Part shown: positions 50,843 through 64,000 of the stretch, one piece after another
How positions within the stretch are numbered: position 1 is the first letter of the stretch
Layout: every line of letters begins with the position of its first letter
Assembly (NCBI GenBank): GCA_000182565.2
Contig: KQ257471.1
DNA: 64,000 nt
Origin: Spizellomyces punctatus DAOM BR117
Lineage: Eukaryota
Strand: one strand, 5' to 3'
The notes under the pieces: generated by a model
What the model was told of the DNA's origin: nothing
Databases searched by the model: none
The model's input: the letters and a program-made list of their open reading frames with translations, nothing else
Made by a program: the position numbers and the translations under genes

Positions 50843-52401
50843 TCATGATGACAAAACCAACGTAATAATTTCCAGCTCATTTGCATTTACAGCAACCTCG
50901 GTACCTTGTTCCGCTCGCTTGTACATTTCCCAGACAGAGTACCGTATGGCACCCTTCTCTTCCGGGCAATCTGTTTTTTGTTCATAAGCGATGATTGTGA
51001 ATAATTGCAGTACTGTATCCCAATCGCTAGGCTTAGAAGGTGTGGCGTGGCGATGATAATTCAGTTGAGGTAGACATAAGGATACTGCGTGTGCAGAGCA
51101 ACTCGTGGACCAATCACCAAGACTGGCTTTGCGGCTTGATCTTGAGGACGTTGGGTACACACACAATTGAGTCAAGATGAGGTCAGCAAGGGCTACCTTG
51201 AGATGGGAAAATGGAAGGTACTACGGGCGACCCAAGTTGCGGTCGCCTCGATTAGGAAAGAATGCGTTTTCAAAACCATGGAACTATAAAATACCTCCAG
51301 GAACTCATACAGACGTGGGCGATCCAAACTCCTGAGAGTAGGGGTGAACATTCGCAAAAAAGACTTCATTTCTATATGATCAGCAAATACAAGAAGCGAC
51401 AGCTGCCCGAAAGAACGTGAGTTAGTTAGGGACTCATTTCAAAAGAAAGCTCACACGTCGGAAATATGTCACCTCAGAGACCCATTGAGCAGCAGTCCGC
51501 AAGACCTCTGAATCTGCGAGCTCAAATTGAAGCATTGAAGAGATAACTTCCACCGCACTGGACATATTAATCTTGCGATGACGACCAAGGAGAGTAGCAA
51601 CGAGGGAAGTACCGATGCTGTCTAACCCACATCGAAGAATGAGAAGAATGGGCATATGCGTCGGGTAGAATGCTGTCTAGATGGGAGATACCTTTATGGA
51701 AAGCTAGGCCGATATCGGTACGGACAAGTTCCAGAAGAAAATTCATCACCATTCGGCCTTGCTGCACTTTGGCCAGTCCCGGCAGGCATTCGGTGATGCC
51801 TGTCTGCCAAAGGCCCCATGCATCCGCCGTGACGTCCCAGAGTACTTTCCCAGTCGCTGTTTGTTCATCATCACTCGTAGGTCCGGAAAACAGCTGGTAG
51901 AAAGGGGCACTGCCATGCACCTTGAGCACCTGTTGAAGTATGGCGACCGCAGCCTGCGGTATTCCTTCAGAAAGACATCGAGGCAATGTGGAAAGACTGA
52001 ACAGTGCAAACAAAATCGAGCTGCGTGGCACGATGTGGTGTTTGAATATCCAATGTACCGGCTAGATAAGTTGTAGGATCTTACGTTGGCGGGAAATATC
52101 TCGAGGAAGCAAATGCGTCTATTATACGAAGAGCGGACTCATCTACAAGTCCAGTGGTAAAATTACATCAGGAGAACTCTTGCGAAGATCACATTCCAAC
52201 AACAGGAATGTCAAACGCACATTGCTTGTCGTCGAGTACATCCTGCACCAAATCCGCGTACGCTGCGGGATATGGCCTTCCGTGAACCACATCAGATGTT
52301 GTACCTTGGAGGCTCCCGCACCGCACGCTTAGAATTTGATCCACTTCTTGTCTGAACGGTTCTATGGCGTCTGGCGAGCGGTGAATGGAACTTCCTCTCA
52401 T
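50843..52401 (-). CDS. Multi-exon hypothetical host protein (boundaries approximate)
   Basis: Chain of minus-strand ORFs with protein-like helical composition, separated by intron-sized gaps. Confidence 0.5.
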
Positions 52402-52497
52402 CGATTGTCACCGTGTACGGGAATGAACCTCGAAGACGCGTTCGCGTGGGCAAGGGTTTCTATCGGTGATTCTCCTATACCAGGCTTTATTCTCAAC

Positions 52498-54941
<2,444 letters not shown>

Positions 54942-55082
54942 ATCCAGCATCAAAGTAAGAGGCGAAGTGGAGGATTCAAGAGCGGTGACCCTCTCATGAT
55001 AGTCATGACTCCGAACTTTCAGCTGGCGGGTGGTATCTACTGTTCCTTCGGCGCGTGTATCCGGTAAATACCTTGTCCACCA

Positions 55083-56477
55083 TCAACCTAGGATTCTTGT
55101 TGCAATGGACTCAGCCCATTCCCGCATATCCAATCCATCTACAATAGCATTCGCACAGAAGGGCTCTGCTAGGAGAACCGATGGTGAGGGTCGTTGTGCC
55201 GGATCTTTGATCAGACTATGTGTTGTCAGAAAATATACTGCAATCAATTTTTTCTTGAGTTGAAGTTCTGTGACATACCAGAGATTGATAAATTGTTCGA
55301 AAGACTCCGAGAAACGTCCTGGAGGTAAGGAAGGGGTAGGACCTTCCTGGACGAATTCTATCAAGTCCAGAACCGATGTCAAAGGTGGATAAGGGAATTT
55401 TGCTAATGCAATCTCCATCAAGGTCACACCAAGACTCCATATATCAGAAATAACTGTTATGGGCATGCTAGCGCAAGACCTTTCTGGTGCCATATACCCT
55501 TGTGTCCCTGTGAACTGGTTTGGACGTTGTGTTCAGTACCCCGATCACAGGCCACCATAACCAGATCTTGACTCACTGTTAGTGCCGCTGATTCAACAAG
55601 GTCCTTGCTGACGCCAAAATCGGATATCTTCACCTCTCCCAGTCGATTCAGTAGGAGATTGGCAGGTTTGATATCTGCCGGGAATGGTCAACGCGACAAT
55701 AATCAGCCTAGTAGCAAAAGCTCCTGCGGCACGTATATACCTCTATGAACAATATGACACTCGTCATAGAGATAACATAAACCCCGTAAGACCTTCAAGC
55801 GGTGTTCATTTTTGGTCTTTTCAGTGTACGAACCACGAATGCTCATACCTGCACTGCGACTTTACCAACATATGCTTCTTCTATAGGTCCAGTCTTCAGG
55901 TAGACATTGCTTAATGACCCTAAATCCATATATTCCAACAGCATTACTATGTCCCCTTCATTGATGTATGCTCCGAGGAAGGTCACAACATATGGTGAAC
56001 GGAGCTTGCGCAATATTGAAAGTTCTCGCAATATCAAGTTCCTTTCTTTTGCTCTGGGCGTATTCTCACGTGTCGTTATCGGAAGAATCTTGCGGGCCAT
56101 GGTAATGCCACTCGGTTTGTGCAGCACTTTTGCAACCACTGAAGCAATACTTCGTCAAGAGCAAAACTGCAATATAACCTGTTGAACTTACTTCGCTCCA
56201 GAGGGGCAATGAACTCGAAATCGGCTGCGTCATAACGTACTTCCTGACTTCCCACTATATCCGTTTCAACCGCGGCAACTAATGCCGAGTCAGGGGTAAG
56301 GTCTCCGCTCCTCGGCTCACTCGACAACGATGCTAAACTTTCTAAGTGAGACGCAGATTCTGAACCTGCTAGTGATTTTCTTCGACCAATTGGGTAGAGA
56401 GAGAGAAGAGGCCTGATTTCTAACCCCGCGGGCTTCCGCCGTGATAATCCCGGGGAGTTGTTTGGGGTTATGCCCAT
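55083..56477 (-). CDS. MAP kinase kinase (Ste7/Mkk family), multi-exon
   Basis: ILRELSIL...[47 protein letters not shown]. Confidence 0.88.
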
Positions 56478-56583
56478 GTCATCTTACATGCCATAAAACG
56501 TCCCGGTCAAGTTGACGCTGACAGTTTACCTCAGGGACGCGTGCGCGTTGCACCCAGACTTAGTCTCGCTGTCCTCCCAGACC

Positions 56584-59500
56584 ATGGAGCGCACCAGTGG
56601 TGGACATGCGTCGGCACCTCCCGTCCAGGAGACCACCCCCGACCATGACAGTGTGCAGGTAGATACTCCCACCAGTACCAATAGATCCATGGCGGCTTCT
56701 CCTAGTACGATACAGATATACGCTCGGGTACGACCAACCCGCCCAAATACCAAACTCCACGTAACACCTGAACGTTATTGGTGCTCTCCTGCCGAGCAAG
56801 ACAAACCGCGAATTGGGTTCAGAGTCCCGCGAGACCAAGTCGCGGGGTTGGTGAATAATCAAAGGGAAGTGTATGAATTTGGTTTCGATAGAGTTTTCGA
56901 TGTCACGACGGGCCAAGACGAAGTGTTCGATATAGTAGCCAAACCGGTTGTCTTGAGGTAATTTAGCAATTTAGCATTTGAACCCTCGGGAGACTACATG
57001 CCGTACTCATAATATTCTACTTCTGCCAGCGTTATGGATGGATATAATGGTACCATATTCGCCTATGGCCAGGTACTATGTGCTGTAGGCCTCGGTCAGA
57101 GACCAGCCAGAAGAGTGCGGCTTGAAAGCTAACGTTTTCCTTTCACGAAGACCGGCTCAGGCAAAACATTCACAATAACCGGTGGTGCTGAGCGATATGC
57201 CGACCGCGGTCTTATTCCGCGGACCTTGCAATTCATTTTCAAGGAAATCCAAAAAGTACGATGCGCTGAGCCTGCCAATCCTTACCCTACACTGACGCGC
57301 AAATACGCTGGCAGAGGCATGATTTTCATTATGAAGTGAGCGTCTCATACTTGGAAATCTACAATGAAATTGGGTATGATCTTCTTGATAACACACGAGA
57401 CGCCAAAAAACTAGAGGATCTTCCGTGAGTGATGAACGAGCAATTTTCATATTTACGTTAGCGATATCGTCACCGACAATTGTAAAAGTAAAGTTACGCT
57501 ACAGGAGGATGAAGAGGGTAATATACATTTGCGGAACCTCGCCGCCATGCCCGCGAAGGATGAAGAGGACGCTTTAAATCATTTATTTATTGGCGATACA
57601 AATCGCATGATTGCCGAGACACCATCCAATCCGGCATCATCACGCAGCCATTGTTTGTTCATCATCAGCATGCTTGGGAGAAAGGAAGGTGAAGATAGAA
57701 TACGTAGAAGCAAACTACATTTAGTGGATCTTGCTGGGTGAGTGAAGGTGAAGGTTCCAACAAAAGATAGTCCTGTGGGGTGGGTATGCTAATCAAAGTC
57801 ATCAGATCCGAACGAGTTGCGCGAACAGGAATAGGAGGCAACCTCTTAAAGGAAGCAAAATATATCAATTTGTCACTGCACTATCTTGAACAAGTCATCA
57901 TAGCTCTGCATGAGAAGGCACTTGGAAGACGAACACACGTCCCGTATCGCAATTCAATGATGACTAGTGTGCTCCGGGATTCACTGGGAGGAAACTGTCG
58001 AACTACCATGGTTGCCACTGTTGCCGTTGAGGATGAATTAATCGATGTAAGCCAACTGGTACTGACACCAGAATAATTGACAATAAATAATCGCTACCCA
58101 CAAATGTAGGAATCAATTTCCACTTGCCGGTTTGCTCAACGCGTCGCATTGATTGCTAACCATGCGATCCTTAATGAAGAGCTGGATCCGCGATTGGCGA
58201 TTATTCGGCTGAAACGCGAAGTTGCCCGACTAAAGGCGGAGCTCGCCATTGCTCGCGGTGAAGCAGGACAATCAGATGGAGAAACCTTACCAGATTACGA
58301 AAAGGACAGGTGCACGCGGAATGAAATTCTAAAAGGAATCCCGCTCGATTTAAGCTCAATTTTTTCCCCTTTCTAGAGTCAAGGAAGCTGTTGATGACTT
58401 CATATGCGACCCTTCCCTTGACGCATCCCTTGTATTTAGTGACTTCCGCAAGATTGATGAAGCTTTCCGCGTCATGAAGGTTTGGAGCTGAAACTATCCT
58501 TGAAAATCGTATATTATAAGATTCCTCATTTTTTGTATACAGCGATATATCACAGTGGCCCGTTCCGCAGTCCATGACGGGGGAGCAGCTGCCGAGAAGC
58601 CTCCAGCTGAAGGAACCTATAGCCAGCCTGCTAACGATGTGCTTCAAGAGAATGAATTGATGAGATTAAGACAGCTACTAGCTCACCGGAACAACGAGAT
58701 CAGTAGGTGGATCATCCGTCTTTCTTCAAACTGACCGAATTGTAAACTTCCTCTGTCACAATTTGCGTAGACGTCCTCGTTAGCATGGTGAATAATTATA
58801 ACACTGAAGATAGGGCCAAAACAGTGGATCTACTACAAACGGTAAGTTGTAAACCGGTTTTGAAGTCCGTCGTCAGCACTGGCTCATGATGGTGAGTAAC
58901 CGAATAACGACAGCCTCGAGCTGAACGCATCATGGAGCAGCCGTTTCAACTCGGGGATGTTGGATCAGAGAGGATGCAAACAAACTGGGGCTCCAATGGT
59001 TAGTTTTGTGTCATTCAAAGTTCCAGAGATAATATATGAATCATATCGGATCTCGCTGTGTGGGGGGACACATCAGCCTTGCTGGGATTGACTGGACGGC
59101 TTGCAGCGAGCGTACCACAGCTCACCACGGAAAAGGCGAAGGCATTTGAGATTTTCAAGAGAGGATATCCATCAGGAGAGTGGATCGAGGGGCAAAAGAC
59201 ACTGCTGAAAAATAAATACGCGGAAGCTAAAGCACTGGGGGAACAAGCGAGCCAGCTGCGATCAGCCATCAGTACGTTAGAATGGATGCTTGCTTCAAAT
59301 AAAATCTGTCTTTGGGTAAACTCAAAACACGCTTTCACAGAGGCAATGAAGGCCACGCTGGCACAGACAGAGGTCGGTGACGCTGCTGCAGAGGAGCAGA
59401 GCGTAGATTTACGCAAGAGAGCGTTAGAGTCGTCTGCCAGGTAAGACACGGAGAAGACACGACCATCATGGCTTCTCCCTTAAATACGAGTATATATTTC

Positions 59501-60451
59501 GAAAGGTACAAAGCAGCGTACCAGCAACTTAAAGACTTGAAAATTGAGATCGAGCATCTGCAGCACCTGCTCGAGCAAGCCCGGCATCGGCTTACGCGCG
59601 ATTTTGAGTATTGGTACATACATGTGTACCTTGCCACGGAGGATCCCTTACTGCAGCAATCAGAAAATGATGAGGCTAGGTTGGAAAGAAGTTCGACGCT
59701 TGAGACCTCGCGTCCCAGGTGGTCTTCCATGCCTATAATATCATCCAGCAGAGCAGAAACATCTGCAAGTGCTCGGTACGATAGCACAAAGTCCGTTGAA
59801 GAGACGAGGACAGTGATATCGTCTAATTCTGCTTCGGCCTCAGTATGGGAGACGTATCAAATGACAGCGCCTACCGCGGGAGCATACGCGGCCAAGTTGG
59901 CCCAAGCATTTGAGATAGGAGGGCCGAACAATATGCATTCCGAACCAAATGACTACATGTCAGAACCACCACTGGCTAACTCCGCAGACAGGGGCCGACC
60001 AGGTTCAACGCGACAGCGAATTGTGAGTTCACGCTCTGAAAGGCGATGGTCTTCTTCCCTGGATGTATTCGTTCTGATATCAATTGTCTCGCCGCAGGCG
60101 CTGCCGAAATATGTATATCCTCCAAATGTTAGCTCTTCTACACCACAAATTACTTCCAACGTCCCGATATCCCATGTCTTTCACATCGATTCCAAGATAC
60201 CGTCACGCCATTCTTCACCATCAACATCCCGCGTCGAGAGATATGGCCCTGGAAACCCATCGAGACCAACAAGCGCACTGCACACCAGCCCGGGGGAGGG
60301 ATCTCGTTCGTGCCTCGACTGCTCAGAAAATGGACTGGTTCCATCAACACCAGCATTACAAGCAATTGGGAAGACTAGCATCAGCCAAGATGTCGAGGAA
60401 TTTTACCGAATACGTAACGGGCTATTAAATAAAGTCGCTACTGGGAGATGA
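56584..60451 (+). CDS. KIF6: Kinesin-9 (KIF6-like), multi-exon
   Basis: [78 protein letters not shown]. Confidence 0.88.
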
Positions 60452-60564
60452 TATCCGCTATTAGGCATTGGGCTGAATACACGCTGATAGTAGCCAAAAA
60501 AATTCCAATCGCTACCACATTGTAACCGACTTCAATTAATAGGACCATATCCGTTGCCCTTCGG

Positions 60565-63265
60565 CTATGGATTTAAAGGTGCCCGACTGAAATTCGCCAT
60601 AAGCGATTTTAGCATTGAAGATCCACTGATCATATTCGTGGTAGCTATAATGAATTCCCGGTGTCCTATTCGTCGGTATTATCCAATATATCAGAGTCTC
60701 GCCGAAGTCAGCTGATGCGCAGATGATCTCACCTTCGTCTTGCTGTGAAAGGAATCGAAGCGCAGACACTTCGGTAAACGTGCAGCCTCCCAGGAAAACG
60801 ATCAACGTTACCTTCTGTTTAGGTTTTACTGCTAACATGGCAGTGAAACAAGGAGACGCTGAGCACACATGTGGTACAGCTAAGTTCCATCATACCACGC
60901 ACCTTTCGCTACGACTCTGGTATCGCCGGTTCTCTGGACCTCTTCGAATGTCGGGCCTGGCAAAAGCCGCATTGGTTCTTCCCATCCCTTCCATCCAACA
61001 GGTGCCGGACCGGCAACTGACTTCTCCCAGGTGGTGCTCCCGCCGCCTACACCTTTCTGGCACGCCGCTTGAACCAATCGAACGGATATAGGTGCATATC
61101 CAGAGTATACGTATGATATATCGTTCGGTTGGTGCTCATTCACATCATCCACAATAAGTCGGAAGGCTTTCCGTATTTGTGGGTAAACATGCCGGGATGT
61201 GTCCTGCTTACGAAGTATGCCGACTCTGGCCAAATTTTGCAGAGTGAGGATATGTTCATGGCCGTAGGTCTAAAGTATTTATCGACATTTAATGTTACGT
61301 CACAGGCAGCGATCTACGAGTGCGGAGTCATACCTGAATAATATCGCGGCGAAAATTTTCGTACTGTTTTGTTTTGAGCCCACCATCTACGAGAGAATAC
61401 AGGCTGAGGAGACGCAAAGTCTGCACCAAGGGTGTCTGTTTATCGATGAGCTCCTCAATGTAATCGATGTGTGGTTTACTAATAATGCCGGCAACGAAAT
61501 CTGCAACAAGTCTCCTCAGTTTTTGGACTTGAGCCCTACTCTCTAGTGTTCACACACACATACTCTGTTGAACCTCAAGCATGCTGTTGAAATCCTTGTC
61601 TCTTGTATACTTCGTCACTTCTTCGGCAATTCCGGTGTCTGCATTAACATTCTAACACAGTCAGCAATCCTTTTCTTTGTTCACCATGATGGTCAACTTA
61701 CGCAGCTTCAAAGATTGATGTTCCGCCTGGAGATTCCCAAGCTTGCCGATGAAATCCTTGATCTGCGTGACTGTCCTGGCTTGGTGCCGTCCCTATACGA
61801 AAAGTATGTAAGACATGCTTTGCGGCATTAAAGGTGGGAGGAAGATCGAGGTACAAACCTCATAGTCCTCATGTATGCGTCGCGCAACTTGGCTCAGCAG
61901 ACCTCCAACCACGGCAAAATTAAGGTCTCTCAGCTGTGCAAATAGTCTATCGGAACTATTCAAAGGTACTTTCTTGGCTTTGGTGGCAGCAGCCGGCGTG
62001 TGAGCGGTTGACGAACCACCGGAGGGAACGGCGCTTGGACCACCAATCATTGACGGGTCCAATTCGACAAAGGCTATCAAGAATTCAAGTGATTACAGAG
62101 AAAGATAAGAGATTATTCACATTTGCTCACTCACTGCTCCGAATCCCGAACACTTCGTCTATGAGACCCTCGTATGTAAGCTGCGTGGACATGGGTGTTA
62201 TGAGATCCACCGTTCGATCGATAACGACCATTGCATCAATTTCCGAGAAGCCAGGGAAAATTTTAGCAGAAGCTTCCTCATCCTCCGCACTGGCGAGGAC
62301 TTCGTGCCGCATGCGTAAGAGAAGATCAGCAAGCGACTGTTGCCGAACCACTTAGCATACTCTCCATCTGGCGGAAAGAGATTGAACATACTCGTGCGTA
62401 CTGGCCCTTCCCAACAATACGCGGAATTAATCCAAACATGGTTTGCAGTTTCATCAGTGCTTTCGCCATGCAAAATATGGCTGTTGTATCCCCTTCCTGC
62501 AGGAGTCATCCATGAGACGCCTGACTCATTCCGCAGCTAGGCGAGCGATGGAGCCAACATACATAATACCCACCAAGTAAAGTTCACGAAACGCAGAATC
62601 CAGCTCAAGAGACAGCAAATCGTCTTCCAGAGGTAAAAGATCCAAATGGTATTCTCCCACGATGACATCTCCAAAGACACCCTCCTCTTCCAGGACCCGC
62701 TCGCAAATTAGCGAGCGACGTGGCACAAAAAAGATACTGTAGCTGATTTTCACGCCATGCTGACTATGTGTCTGAATATGGCCTACCGGAAGCGAGTGAA
62801 CAAACGGATCATGACAGTATGAATACCGGAAAAAAAAATATAGTACCTGCAATACATTTCACATGACCAACTTTAGGCCTGCAGATATAAATTAGACTTT
62901 TGCAGTCTGTATCCAGTTTTCCAGGTGCCAAATGATAGATCTTTTCCACGCCGTGCTCCTGCAAGAAGGTTGGTAGCTTTAGCACTCGAATGGTGTCCCC
63001 GGTCACCAGATTTTTAAACAGTAATCAATCAACTAACCTACGGACCTTTAACAATGTAAACTCTGCCACCAAACTCAAGGGCCCGCTCAAGGAAGGATCT
63101 ATGACCAATCCCTTTTTGCCTCGCACCTTGCACATTATGTCCTGTCGGATTGAGTTTATCTTCCAAAAAAATTATGGAAAGACCTACCGAGTCCAACAAG
63201 TCTATAAGCTCCTGCCTGGCATGGTCTTTGACCGCCCCTGTGCTAAATACTCCAGCCGCTTGCAT
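60565..63265 (-). CDS. VPS33: Vacuolar protein sorting 33 (Sec1/Munc18 family), multi-exon
   Basis: [72 protein letters not shown]. Confidence 0.93.
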
Positions 63266-63446
63266 CTTAATATTTGAATCTTACAAGATGCAAAGGAAAG
63301 ATTGCCCCTCCAGTCTTGGGGGAGGGGGTAACCTGTGCAAGCCTCATAACTGTCATTTATCCGAAATTAGCCAAATTGGCTAATCAAAAAAACTGTGACG
63401 AAGTGGATTTCGACACCCCAACGTAGAAAAAGGCAACAAGGACCAG

Positions 63447-64000
63447 ATGGAAAGTTTCCAAGTATCAAACGGCCTGAATGGCGAGGCGCCTAATCCTCGT
63501 ACGTTTTTGTTCTTTCTCGGTGGTGCAACAGCTCCTTCTGAGAAATGCTCTTTATTTGGAGCTGTCAACTGGAGGATGTACACTGATATCTCTAATTTGC
63601 AGTCGGTAACGTCACTACACACGGGCACGTCAAGACATCACAAGCCGCCAATTGTCATGGAAGCTTGGAGTTGGCAGTGGAAGGCGACGCGGCTTCAGAG
63701 GAGGAAGACGTGATTGAAGACTCTGCAACGGAGGCTGCAAAAAAGAAGAAGAAAAAGAAGAAGCCAAAGAAGAAGAAGCCAGCGTCCGAAAGCTCAGTGA
63801 CAGCTGCTGGAAACCCAGTCCAGACGGAGCCTCCATCGATTCCAGTATCCAAATTCTTCCCGGATGGTGTGTATCCAGAAGGCGAACTCGTCGAGTACAA
63901 GGATGAGTAAGTTTGAGTCGGAATATGTACCACAAAAGATGGTACAGTTTAATCGTTTCTGATGGTTCTCACGTTCATAGCAATGCGTATCGCACCACGA
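63447..64000 (+). CDS. MAP2: Methionine aminopeptidase 2, 5' part (continues past the window)
   Basis: Poly-Lys tract then [22 protein letters not shown]; likely exon 1 63447-63498, intron to 63602. Confidence 0.82.

Overview
Eukaryotic genomic window, most likely from a flagellated (chytrid-type) fungus, judged from intron-rich host genes for fungal-type TPPP/p25alpha, katanin p60 and kinesin-9. It has three parts. (1) 1-22912: an intronless endogenous Polinton-like virus (PLV) whose left end lies outside the window. It encodes a major capsid, penton, A32 packaging ATPase, a 2035-aa fibre, an AEP primase-SF3 helicase, a chromodomain rve integrase and a tyrosine recombinase; no protein-primed PolB is seen. 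Its accessory cassette encodes a response-regulator receiver, an HPD J-domain protein and a RING-like protein. The long inverted repeat contains the helicase 3' end. The right end carries origin-like iterons, two loxP-like sites and a perfect 23-bp hairpin ending in CA. (2) 22913-48850: nested LTR retrotransposons: a nearly CpG-free, gag-less Ty3/gypsy chromovirus (A), a decayed Ty1/copia with a chromodomain and an antisense ORF, a decayed Ty3/gypsy (B), an intact CpG-rich Ty3/gypsy (C) inserted in B, and relics of family C. (3) 49346-64000: host genes (TPPP, an orphan, katanin p60, MAP2K, KIF6, VPS33, start of MetAP2). All calls come from reading motifs by eye; no searches were run.
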